Virus record (IMG/VR): IMGVR_UViG_3300020473_000023
Coordinates: 32,001 to 96,000 of that record
Direction: 5' to 3' (one strand)
From: a virus
DNA length: 64,000 nucleotides
A program made the translations under genes and the position numbers. The notes under the pieces were generated by a model. The model saw nothing but the letters and a program-made list of their open reading frames with translations, was not told where the DNA came from and made no database searches. Below are positions 1 to 8,116 of the stretch, piece by piece. The stretch's first letter is position 1; every line of letters starts with the position of its first letter.

Positions 1-23
1 ATATTCAAACTTAACAAGATGTA

Positions 24-1010
24 TCATTCAATTTCAACTATAAGACCTGACGCTATCCAGGCCTCAAGACCGTCAGCAGACCAGGAACGGATTCCGTCTT
101 CTGATAGGCCTGTCATTGACATGACAGAAGCCGTGCCTAGAGTAATAATTGCAGATCTAATTTCTGAATCTCCAAATATTACTGTTGAATTTTCACAGCT
201 CATTTCACACACAGCGTCTGTTGGATTTTCAAAGTCACAGTGATCAGAGCTTGCAACCCTAACAGACCGATAATCACTCATCATTCTGAATAAGTCTATC
301 CCATTATTTTCTGCATTGCATGTAGAGGGCTCTCCAGCTATAAGGAATGCTGGGCATGATACACTTCCAGCGTGACTCTGGCCAATGTGATCATCAACAC
401 CTGGGATGTCTTCTGTATCTGTGGTATCTAGGCCGAGAACTCCAGCAGCATTTTTATCTTGTGATGCTGCTATGATAGCTGCCAAGCCTCCGGCCGAGTG
501 CCCAGCATACACAGTGCTTGCTGAACCGTGCAGCGAAGCGAGCTCTACCATATTCCAACCATTCATCTCATGATCCACACCAAGCCAGATATTGTAGTGA
601 CAAAGCGTAGGAAGAAGAACCTCCGCACCCCAGGATGACAGGTGCTCAGCCCACCCTGTCATTACTCCAGAACCACGAGCAAATCCATGACCTAGAACAA
701 CAACAGGCGGGTCAGAAACTCCAGGAGAATATACGCTATAGACCATGCTAGGGCAATCTGTTACGCTTGCTGTGTGACTATCAACTGTCACTGAAAACGG
801 TCCGGATTGAAGAAAGTCAGTGATCGGATCATCTACCTGTTCTTCTTCAACTGTATCTTCCTGACTGTCTTCGACTCCTGTCCCACTTTCCTCTAGCAGC
901 TCTATGGAGCCGGTATCATTCTGAACTACTCCTGGTCGATGAATTATATCCACACCACAAGAAAGTGCGGCACAAAGGGATAGGCTTATTAAAAATACTC
1001 TTGTTTTCAT
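24..1010 (-). CDS. Lipoprotein alpha/beta hydrolase (chlorophyllase/cutinase-like)
   Basis: HGF oxyanion segment, GHSAGG nucleophile elbow, DH near the C-terminus. Likely start MKTRVFLISLSLCAALSC (lipobox-like) at 1010, overlapping the upstream stop (ATGA). Confidence 0.75.
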   Translation of the reverse strand: MKTRVFLISLSLCAALSCGVDIIHRPGVVQNDTGSIELLEESGTGVEDSQEDTVEEEQVDDPITDFLQSGPFSVTVDSHTASVTDCPSMVYSVYSPGVSDPPVVVLGHGFARGSGVMTGWAEHLSSWGAEVLLPTLCHYNIWLGVDHEMNGWNMVELASLHGSASTVYAGHSAGGLAAIIAASQDKNAAGVLGLDTTDTEDIPGVDDHIGQSHAGSVSCPAFLIAGEPSTCNAENNGIDLFRMMSDYRSVRVASSDHCDFENPTDAVCEMSCENSTVIFGDSEIRSAIITLGTASVMSMTGLSEDGIRSWSADGLEAWIASGLIVEIE

Positions 1011-1909
1011 ATTGCACCTGCACTGTCCAGTGCTGCTAGAACTCCATCGATAGTCCAAAAAGCAGTGTAAATTTCGCTCTCAGCAATCCATCCACCCCAC
1101 CATTGCTCAAGATACCATCTGTTGTTCCAAGATTTAGTTCTGATAGTTTGGTATGATAGAGTAATTGTTGTATCTTGACCGTACGCGCCATCGACCCAAT
1201 CCCCAAGGAAAAATCCATTTAAAAGATCTTCTGTTTCTGTGTCGTAATAATATCGGAGATCTTCAATAAAATCAGGCGTAATCTCTATCATCAACTCTCC
1301 CAGCACAAAATAATCGTCTTTATGATCTTCAGTAGTTTCAATATCGACTAAAGAATAGGGTAGGTCGAGTGTGAGGTGAGCAACCATGGCTACAACTACT
1401 GCACGGGTACGAGAAGCCTCTGGATTATCTGCCAAATAGTAGTATTGGTTCCAGGCATATGAAGGTTGACCGCCCATCAGAGCCAGCTGAAGATTGGCCA
1501 TGTAGCGTGATGCAAAATCTACAACAATTCTCTCACCCCACTCTTGATCTTCTATTTCTCCGCTCTCTATTGCTCTAATAATTCGATTAGTGATATGTCG
1601 ATAAGTCGTTGGAAACATGCCCCAGGGGTCACTGCAACTCTCAAATAAGGTAGCAATTCCATCAATACGTTCGTATGTACTGTAGACAGTCTCAGAGTCA
1701 GTTACAGCTGCTAGTGCATACACCTGATGGGCAGCTTCGGCTGAGATCAATTCTCCATTACACATAAGCTGATCAACATGACCTGAGCTGATCTCGTGAC
1801 GATCATAGTCTGCTTCTTGACCTGTGTCACCAGCCCCTGTATCTTCAACAACATCATCCGCGCAAGCAGAAATAAAAACAAGGAAAATAATCCTAATAAT
1901 ATACTTCAT
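1007..1909 (-). CDS. Lipoprotein, DUF5995-like
   Basis: Signal peptide ending ISAC. Motifs FPTTYRHIT, DFASRY and AHLTLDLP resemble DUF5995. SD AGGAG. Confidence 0.6.
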   Translation of the reverse strand: MKYIIRIIFLVFISACADDVVEDTGAGDTGQEADYDRHEISSGHVDQLMCNGELISAEAAHQVYALAAVTDSETVYSTYERIDGIATLFESCSDPWGMFPTTYRHITNRIIRAIESGEIEDQEWGERIVVDFASRYMANLQLALMGGQPSYAWNQYYYLADNPEASRTRAVVVAMVAHLTLDLPYSLVDIETTEDHKDDYFVLGELMIEITPDFIEDLRYYYDTETEDLLNGFFLGDWVDGAYGQDTTITLSYQTIRTKSWNNRWYLEQWWGGWIAESEIYTAFWTIDGVLAALDSAGAI

Positions 1910-1928
1910 TATTTACTCCTAAGAGACA

Positions 1929-1956
1929 AATATACTCTTGAGTAAATTAATGTATA
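1929..1956 (-). promoter_or_regulatory. Class A promoter candidate TATACA-N16-TATATT
   Basis: Variant of the recurrent TGWAMW-N16-TAYAAT motif upstream of the gene starting at 1909. Confidence 0.4.
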
Positions 1957-1974
1957 CTGCTCACACTAAACCAT

Positions 1975-2826
1975 TCACAGGTTTTGTAGAATCCAATCTT
2001 CTGCAGTTGCTGACAGCGGACCCTGTATGAATCTATTTATCTTCTGAATATCCTCAGAAGTAACTGCCGTCCCTCTCGGCTTTGTATTATCAATCTCGAC
2101 AAACCGATCCTCACCAAACGCTGCCATGTACTCTGGAATTAGTGATGGGGTGGGCGGAGCTTCAGGCTTGTCTGGATTGATTCCCCCAAACAGTCTCCAG
2201 CATGTTCTTTCAACAGCAATATCGGCAAGCCCTCTTCCGGGTGGGTCAGCAAGGCCCCTCTCTCTATTCCTTCTGACCGACTCTTCTCTTGGAACATTGA
2301 CTGCAATCATCATTGTTTCATATCCCAGCTTTTCTAAAATAGCCTTCTGCTCGAGTGTCTTGTTTAGAGACGCAGCTGTTCCATCGATTATAAGGCCGAG
2401 CCTTCCGTCTACGTAGAATTCTTGAGAGCTTTTCTTTGACAAGCTTCTTCCGGGCTTCAAGCCAAATTCTTCGGGGTCGAGACCCTGCCTCTCAGGTGTG
2501 ACTCCATGCCATCCGGTAATGTTCTTTCTAGCCCTTGCTCCGAGCTTACCGGCTGCTGACTGCTGATCACTGGTAAAGTCCTGCTGATATCCCATCAGGC
2601 CGCTTGCTGTCAAATATCTATCAAGGGCATCATCTTGATTAACAATCTTCATACTGTTGGCTGCTAGAGTTGGAACATTGTTCAATACAAAGCCTATGAC
2701 AGATCCCTTTCCAGACCCTGGACATCCCGCCATGAAGATTGCCTTAAATATCCCTTCATCTCTTGGGCCCTCTCTCAGGAGCTCTTCTCTGATAATTCTT
2801 CTAAGCTGCCTGCGTGAGATCTTCAT
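1975..2826 (-). CDS. P-loop kinase (zeta toxin/AAA_33-like) with N-terminal leader
   Basis: Walker A GCPGSGKG, IIDGT, RNRER lid. Leader MKISRRQLRRIIREELLRE. Confidence 0.75.
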   Translation of the reverse strand: MKISRRQLRRIIREELLREGPRDEGIFKAIFMAGCPGSGKGSVIGFVLNNVPTLAANSMKIVNQDDALDRYLTASGLMGYQQDFTSDQQSAAGKLGARARKNITGWHGVTPERQGLDPEEFGLKPGRSLSKKSSQEFYVDGRLGLIIDGTAASLNKTLEQKAILEKLGYETMMIAVNVPREESVRRNRERGLADPPGRGLADIAVERTCWRLFGGINPDKPEAPPTPSLIPEYMAAFGEDRFVEIDNTKPRGTAVTSEDIQKINRFIQGPLSATAEDWILQNL

Positions 2827-2831
2827 AGACT

Positions 2832-2839
2832 ATAAATAT
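2832..2839 (-). promoter_or_regulatory. Class B (putative late) promoter ATATTTAT
   Basis: Recurrent intergenic motif 5 nt upstream of the ATG at 2826. Confidence 0.55.
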
Positions 2840-2862
2840 TGCTGACACATCCATTTAACAGG

Positions 2863-3087
2863 CTATAGTGGGGGCTCTCCGCACCTTATCTCAGTCACAC
2901 CGTCTATAATTTCCGCATAGAAGTGAGATCCCTCTGAAACCTCGCATGGAAATAGGTCAATCGGAATATCAGCGTGATACGTCTCCTGATCATCAGTCTT
3001 AAATTCCACAGTAGCCATATTGCCCTCAATAACATCAACAACGCCCAGACAAAAAAGCGTTGCAACAAGTAAGTTACAAACTCTCAT
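2863..3087 (-). CDS. Small protein, DUF3006-like
   Basis: VVDVIEGNMATVE...IPIDLFPCEVSEG pattern, hydrophobic N-terminus. Confidence 0.45.
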   Translation of the reverse strand: MRVCNLLVATLFCLGVVDVIEGNMATVEFKTDDQETYHADIPIDLFPCEVSEGSHFYAEIIDGVTEIRCGEPPL

Positions 3088-3094
3088 ATTTTCC

Positions 3095-3592
3095 TCAATT
3101 TTCTACAGAGATTTTTCCGTTCACAAGGGCGCTGGAGCTCTGTACTTTCCCGCCTCCCACGTTAAATAAAACTTTACATCCGACTTCCTGGCATATCTCC
3201 CATTCTGGAATGTCCTCAGGAGCGGCTCTGTCTCCACCTTTGGTAAAGTAGGTTGGCCTAAGCTTTGCTATTGCACCCGTGACTGTCTGGCCCCCGTCGT
3301 CCCATATAACAGCTGCATCGACACCACGTATCCCAGCGATAATCTCTGCTCTTTCTTTTTCTGGCATAAAAGCAAAGCCCTTCTTCCTATCTAGAAATCC
3401 ATCTCCGTTGACTATCACAACGACATATCCGCCATCTTTATCAGCCATGGATGTTGTATCTAAAATACATCTAAGGTGCCCAATATGAAGCGGGTCAAAA
3501 CCTCCCGATGTCATGTAGATTGGGCACCGCTTTTCAAGCCAATCATTGTCAACACATTCCAGAAAATCTTCTATCGTCTCATATACTTTCAT
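3095..3592 (-). CDS. Cytidylyltransferase-like (HIGH) nucleotidyltransferase, RfaE/TagD/RibL type
   Basis: SGGFDPLHIGH, ERAEII, KGGD and KVQSSS motifs. Confidence 0.85.
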   Translation of the reverse strand: MKVYETIEDFLECVDNDWLEKRCPIYMTSGGFDPLHIGHLRCILDTTSMADKDGGYVVVIVNGDGFLDRKKGFAFMPEKERAEIIAGIRGVDAAVIWDDGGQTVTGAIAKLRPTYFTKGGDRAAPEDIPEWEICQEVGCKVLFNVGGGKVQSSSALVNGKISVEN

Positions 3593-3933
3593 TAGAATCT
3601 TTCGTCCTTTACAATTCGCATCACTCGCCTGAGATGGCTAAAGTTTTCTTCATTATATCCAATGTCGGAGCCAAGTACAATATCATCATTTTTAATACTG
3701 TTAATAAGGCAGAGGTCTATTTCCCAGATTTTTTCCAGACTTCCCTTGACAAGAACGTCCCAGACCCTGCTGCCAAAGCCTAGACTCTCAACATCCTCTT
3801 CGCTATACTCAGCTGTTCTCTCTCTGAGGAGTATTCCAAATACATCATCATCAACAGCATTTTTTACTGATGGGTCAATTGCAGAATAAAGCCGAGCGAC
3901 ACCTGTTAGTCTAACTAAGTCTCCAGGTTTCAA
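3592..3933 (-). CDS. Hypothetical protein (MKPGDLV, SH3/KOW-like)
   Basis: Coupled ORF with a typical phage PGDLV N-terminus. Confidence 0.55.
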   Translation of the reverse strand: MKPGDLVRLTGVARLYSAIDPSVKNAVDDDVFGILLRERTAEYSEEDVESLGFGSRVWDVLVKGSLEKIWEIDLCLINSIKNDDIVLGSDIGYNEENFSHLRRVMRIVKDERF

Positions 3934-4466
3934 GCTATCGTGAACTTGGGCATCGTGAGAGATTTACCTGTTGGGAGCCTTGGATCCCAATTCCACTCTG
4001 CATAAGTCGCTGGATCTCCTAGATCTTCTAGATAATCTTCTTTGCCGGTCCCTTCAATTTCTAGACCATCATCCATTACGGTGGCACTGGCAACAGCGAA
4101 TCCATCGTCATCACGAGAAAATGATAATTGAACTGTGAACGATCCACTGACGTCGTCACGGTTTAATTTTGAAGAGTAATCTCTCCAAGTATTCGAGATG
4201 CTCTTGTTGATATCATCGGCGCGGACGAGCTCGTCGACATCATCTTCTTCTTCTTCTTCGTCGTCGTCTTCGTCTTCGTCTTCGTCTTCGTCTTGGTCGT
4301 CTTCTTCTTCTTCGTCTTCTTCGTCTTCATCATCAGCGTCGTCTTCGTCTTCTTCGTCCTCGTCTTCGTCGTCGCCCAGGGCATCAGCTCCCGGGGAGGC
4401 TTCAAGAATTAAGCTAATAAGCTCGTCCCTGACGATCTTTCTAAATTCACTAAGTCTTAATCTCAT
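3930..4466 (-). CDS. Leader-bearing protein with a 48-residue Asp/Glu tract
   Basis: Leader SEFRKIVRDELISLILEA, SD GAGGA, upstream ATACTTAT. Confidence 0.65.
   Translation of the reverse strand: MRLRLSEFRKIVRDELISLILEASPGADALGDDEDEDEEDEDDADDEDEEDEEEEDDQDEDEDEDEDDDEEEEEDDVDELVRADDINKSISNTWRDYSSKLNRDDVSGSFTVQLSFSRDDDGFAVASATVMDDGLEIEGTGKEDYLEDLGDPATYAEWNWDPRLPTGKSLTMPKFTIA
4230..4373 (-). repeat. Low-complexity GAC/GAA trinucleotide tract encoding poly-D/E
   Basis: (tcg/tct)n on the plus strand. Confidence 0.9.
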
Positions 4467-4485
4467 AGGATCCTCGCTTCAATCA

Positions 4486-4493
4486 ATAAGTAT
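4486..4493 (-). promoter_or_regulatory. Class B promoter ATACTTAT
   Basis: Recurrent motif upstream of 4466. Confidence 0.55.
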
Positions 4494-4501
4494 TTACTTC
4501 A

Positions 4502-4756
4502 CTAGTTAAAGTCATCTTCTTCAGGTGTCAGCATAAATTGTTCATATGTAACTCCATCGACCTCATATGTTCCGAGAGTTACACCGGGTGTTGACTTAAG
4601 GGTCTCTGCTATTGACTGTGTAATGGTAAGAAAGTCTGAGAACTCTTCTAGGGGAAGTGTGATTGTAACCCTCTCACTCACAGAAAAACTAACTGTCCCG
4701 GAAGATAGATCAAGCCAAGCGTAATCAGTTACTAGTTCGCCGTCTTTGTTTGACAT
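4502..4756 (-). CDS. Hypothetical protein
   Basis: ORF in a packed operon. Confidence 0.55.
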   Translation of the reverse strand: MSNKDGELVTDYAWLDLSSGTVSFSVSERVTITLPLEEFSDFLTITQSIAETLKSTPGVTLGTYEVDGVTYEQFMLTPEEDDFN

Positions 4757-4937
4757 TTTTCTCTTGAAACCTTTCTATGTTTGGCTCAAACCACGTCACA
4801 ACGTCATCAGCAATAAGAACATTCCAGTAATCTTCGTGTGTAACGCATCGCTTTATTAGAACACCAATCTCAGAGTCTTCAGACTTTCGAGATGTATTTT
4901 TTACTATTTCACCGGGCAAGAATGTAGAAATCGTCAT
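4725..4937 (-). CDS. Hypothetical protein (PGEIV, SH3/KOW-like)
   Basis: Pattern similar to 3592..3933. Confidence 0.5.
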   Translation of the reverse strand: MTISTFLPGEIVKNTSRKSEDSEIGVLIKRCVTHEDYWNVLIADDVVTWFEPNIERFQEKNVKQRRRTSN

Positions 4938-4947
4938 AGGCTACCCA

Positions 4948-5286
4948 TCACTTCTTTGAAGTCTTAGATGGAGCTTTTTTCCTTGTTGACCTTCTAGCCC
5001 GTGGCTTTCTCTTAGGCACAGGGATTTCTTTAGTAGGAGTGGTAGCTTTCTTTTCTTTAGTGGGCTTCTGTACCACAGGCACCTCGGGAGGCAGTTCAGG
5101 TGGCAGTGGAGCCTCAGGTGGGCCAAGGATCGCTAGGACATCTTCATGAGATTCATGAGGTGGAATAACACCAGCCCTGAGCAGGTGCTTTCTCATGTCG
5201 CTATATGTTTTAATTTCATGATGAGCAGCCCAACCTAGAATCTTAAGAAATCTTCTATTTTTATAATCTTCCCATCTAATTCCCAT
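4948..5286 (-). CDS. Hypothetical protein with basic Pro/Lys-rich tail
   Basis: Packed ORF with SD. Confidence 0.55.
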   Translation of the reverse strand: MGIRWEDYKNRRFLKILGWAAHHEIKTYSDMRKHLLRAGVIPPHESHEDVLAILGPPEAPLPPELPPEVPVVQKPTKEKKATTPTKEIPVPKRKPRARRSTRKKAPSKTSKK

Positions 5287-5566
5287 CTGACATAATTCCT
5301 TCTAAGTTTTGAGAGATAATATCATTAAGTATGCTGAGAACAGAATTTACCTGATCTTCTGATAACAAGTCTCCCAAATCTTTAGAAATTTTATCTCTGA
5401 AACTGTTTGGAGAAGCGTAGTTTTGAATATTAGTCTCCATCTCACTAATAGACTTTGCACACACTTCCATTACTTTTTGGAGCTTGTCATCTGACCAGTC
5501 AAGAGACTCTAGAATTGCTGTTTGCTTCGAAATATTAGAAAGCTCATTAAAGAAAAACTCTAACAA
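5276..5566 (-). CDS. Hypothetical protein
   Basis: Packed ORF. Confidence 0.5.
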   Translation of the reverse strand: MLEFFFNELSNISKQTAILESLDWSDDKLQKVMEVCAKSISEMETNIQNYASPNSFRDKISKDLGDLLSEDQVNSVLSILNDIISQNLEGIMSDGN

Positions 5567-5568
5567 GA

Positions 5569-5850
5569 CTAAATCTCCAAATCCCTAATTGCTTCAGATA
5601 CACCTAGTTGAAATCTAGGATCAATCGATACCTCATCAATCTTTTCTTGATTTGGGCTACAGTCATAAAGCGTAACCATATCTTCAGCAATTTTTCTCAT
5701 TGCAGAAATAAAAACATTTCTAGCAGTTGAGTGATTCATCTTAAAACCATCTTCAGACATCTTTTCTGCAATCTCTCTATATCCGAGTCCTCCATCAGAA
5801 CTGACAGTTGCATATCCTCTCTCAACCTTAAAGCCTTTGGGCATTGACAT
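5569..5850 (-). CDS. HTH protein resembling sigma70 region 4.2
   Basis: LGYREIAEKM...NHSTARNVFISAMRKI. Own SD AAGGAG. Confidence 0.65.
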   Translation of the reverse strand: MSMPKGFKVERGYATVSSDGGLGYREIAEKMSEDGFKMNHSTARNVFISAMRKIAEDMVTLYDCSPNQEKIDEVSIDPRFQLGVSEAIRDLEI

Positions 5851-5881
5851 TTATTCTCTCCTTTGGTATAAGTTTATTTTT

Positions 5882-6616
5882 CTATACAGAGACGTTAAAC
5901 TCTTCGTCTCTTTCAATGTCTTCATAGATTCCAAATCGAAGTCTTAGAATCTTTTCTTCTCTTGGCGAAAGCTTTCTTAAAGAGCTCTTAATCACCTCGA
6001 GTGTTTTTTGTCTATCGAGGGCTGCATCAGGCGTCTCTGTCCTGTCATCAGAGATAATCTCTTCAAACCTTCTTCCATTTTTTTCATCGCCGAGTGCAGC
6101 ATCTAATGAAATTGAATTTTGAACAGCTGCAGATTCAAGACTAAGCTTGATCATCGCTTCTGTTACGCCAAGCAAGTCTGCAATCTCACTAGTAGTGGGC
6201 TGGTGTCGAAATTCATCTTCATATTCCTTGCAAATTCTTTTAATTTTCCATATTAAGCCAGAAGCATGAGCAGGAACTCTAACAGTCGACTTATGAGAGC
6301 TCAAGTGCCGACTCACAGACTGTCTAATCCACCAGCTGGCATATGTGCTAAATTTAAAACCTCGTCTCCAGTCAAATCGATCAACAGCTTTCATAAGCCC
6401 AATATTTGATTCCTGGATTAAGTCCTCTAAATCACAGCCCATTTTAGAATATTTTTTTGCAATACTGATCGCTAGTCGAAGATTACACTGAATCATTCTA
6501 TCTCTAGCGTGAAGATCACCATTTTCAATGGCTTGAGAGAGAATAACTTCTTCTTCTCGAGTTAAAAGGTCGTATCTTGATACATCTTTAAAGTAATAGT
6601 TTAATATATTTGACAT
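5882..6616 (-). CDS. Sigma70-family (RpoD/RpoS-like) sigma factor lacking region 4.2
   Basis: Region 1.2 LLTREEE, region 2 NLRLAISIAKKY / DLIQE.NIGLMKAVDRFD..RGFKFSTYASWWIRQ, region 3 SLD, region 4.1 LSPREEKILRLRFG, then stop. Confidence 0.92.
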   Translation of the reverse strand: MSNILNYYFKDVSRYDLLTREEEVILSQAIENGDLHARDRMIQCNLRLAISIAKKYSKMGCDLEDLIQESNIGLMKAVDRFDWRRGFKFSTYASWWIRQSVSRHLSSHKSTVRVPAHASGLIWKIKRICKEYEDEFRHQPTTSEIADLLGVTEAMIKLSLESAAVQNSISLDAALGDEKNGRRFEEIISDDRTETPDAALDRQKTLEVIKSSLRKLSPREEKILRLRFGIYEDIERDEEFNVSV

Positions 6617-6647
6617 TTAATTTACAAATTGATAATTGAAATATTAA

Positions 6648-6665
6648 TGACACAGAATTGTGTCA
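6648..6665. promoter_or_regulatory. Inverted repeat TGACACA-gaat-TGTGTCA upstream of the sigma gene
   Basis: Perfect 7-bp arms in the intergenic region. Confidence 0.45.
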
Positions 6666-6702
6666 CACTAAATATAGTCACGACAATAATAAAGGAAAGG
6701 CT

Positions 6703-6924
6703 TTATTTATTTCTTCGTGATCTTTTTTGAATAAATTCTTCATGAGCCCTTCGTCGCTTCTCTCTAATGAAGATTTCTCTCTGAAGATAACAGAGCTCGA
6801 TTTCAAGATGTTTCTTGTTATCTTTTTGATTTTTATAGGTTAAAAGGTTTTTAATTTTAGAAGATTGACCATACAAATCTTCATCTGCCATAACTGAAAT
6901 CTTATCAATGTTCAGCTTTCTCAT
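6703..6924 (-). CDS. Hypothetical basic protein
   Basis: ORF with SD GAGG. Confidence 0.55.
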   Translation of the reverse strand: MRKLNIDKISVMADEDLYGQSSKIKNLLTYKNQKDNKKHLEIELCYLQREIFIREKRRRAHEEFIQKRSRRNK

Positions 6925-6993
6925 AGATATCCTCTTTTTTAATGTTATCTAGTTGATTAAAAACAGCCATATTGGGATAGTTCCCAATTAATA

Positions 6994-7215
6994 TTATAAA
7001 TCACAATTACACTTTTTACACGTAGATCCAAGCATTTCTTTATATATTTTTTTAACCCTTCTAGAGGCAGTGTGTGTAAATAGAAATGGAACAAGAGAAT
7101 GAACAAAGAGAGCAAAAGAAGCTATGCATGACTCACCGGACCACCTAAGTGATCTTTTCATATGATCAACATAGGAAATATTATTTTCTTTAAGATGAGA
7201 ATCTAGAAGTCCCAT
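6994..7215 (-). CDS. DUF6356-like small membrane protein
   Basis: HLKENNISYVDHM...VHSLVPFLFTHTAS pattern. Confidence 0.6.
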   Translation of the reverse strand: MGLLDSHLKENNISYVDHMKRSLRWSGESCIASFALFVHSLVPFLFTHTASRRVKKIYKEMLGSTCKKCNCDL

Positions 7216-7216
7216 A

Positions 7217-7552
7217 TCACACCGCCATTAAATCAAAAAACGTTTTAACTACAAGCCCAACAAGAACAGAAATCACCATCCAGCTTACCTTTCTATAGGA
7301 GGCAAGCTGAGACTTCATAACAGCAAAGTCCTCTCCAAGCGCTGCTGGGATTCTTGAACAATGTGCTTCAAGAAGCTGAAGCCTTGTCTCTTGGTTGGAA
7401 GTGATATTTTTCATATCATCTAGTGATGTTTCTAGCTTGTTCATGCCCACCATAAGTTGCTCAATCTTTGCCTCGACATTTGCAGAAGAAACTTTAATCT
7501 CTGTTAAAGATTCCTGAAGCTTTCCTACCCATTCAGCGCTAGCATTAGACAT
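7217..7552 (-). CDS. Coiled-coil protein with C-terminal TM helix (XhlA-like)
   Basis: Heptad pattern followed by hydrophobic WMVISVLVGLVV. Confidence 0.5.
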   Translation of the reverse strand: MSNASAEWVGKLQESLTEIKVSSANVEAKIEQLMVGMNKLETSLDDMKNITSNQETRLQLLEAHCSRIPAALGEDFAVMKSQLASYRKVSWMVISVLVGLVVKTFFDLMAV

Positions 7553-7685
7553 TTTCTACCCTCCCTCTAAAGCGAAAACAAAACAAACAAAGCACAAGAT
7601 TAATTAATCTGAACTTAGTACTTTTCTATAATATAAAAGTAAAGGAGTCTTGTGAACACTGAAGAAGAAAATCTATTATCTACGA

Positions 7686-8069
7686 TCATAAGACAATAGG
7701 TTTTCCATTATGTAGAACCCTCTTACTGTTAACTGTAATTACTTTAACAATCTCTACACCAGGTAATTTTTTAATATTTTTGCAAAGGCTGTAAATGTTA
7801 TCATAGTTCGTCTGACCGTCTTTCGGTAAAAACTTAACATAAACAATAAGAATAGAGTTTCCACCTCTTGTACTTCTAAGCACCTTATCACCCTGTCCGA
7901 CAACAGAAACACCTTCAAGAACTCTAATTCTTGTTAAAGTGTCTGGAACATGACCGTCTGGATGCATTATTAGTCGCAACGTTGTCTTGGCAAGATTTAC
8001 TTTAAGTCGAAAGTCTGCCTCAAGCAGAAGGTCAATAGCTGATCTTAAATCTTCTTCTTCCCTTTTCAT
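7686..8069 (-). CDS. Hypothetical leader-bearing protein
   Basis: EEDLRSAIDLLLEAD leader, upstream ATATTTAT (8090..8097). Confidence 0.6.
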   Translation of the reverse strand: MKREEEDLRSAIDLLLEADFRLKVNLAKTTLRLIMHPDGHVPDTLTRIRVLEGVSVVGQGDKVLRSTRGGNSILIVYVKFLPKDGQTNYDNIYSLCKNIKKLPGVEIVKVITVNSKRVLHNGKPIVL

Positions 8070-8116
8070 TGCAAGAAGCCCCCGTGTGAATAAATATCAT
8101 CCACAGTAGGTAAAAT

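Noticed and set aside
2831-2838. T4-type late promoter TATAAATA on the plus strand
   Set aside because: It points away from any credible plus-strand gene. The recurring motif is consistently oriented as ATAYTTAT on the coding strand.
4163-4509. Poly-Ser (+) and Lys/Thr-rich (-) ORFs
   Set aside because: Shadow frames of the poly-D/E trinucleotide tract. The D/E frame has the SD, promoter motif and leader.
5828-5884. TAG read-through or stop-codon reassignment restoring sigma region 4.2
   Set aside because: Read-through gives only KNKLIPKERINVNAQRL*, not a convincing HTH. Conserved genes are intact in the standard code and TAG ends many tightly packed genes.
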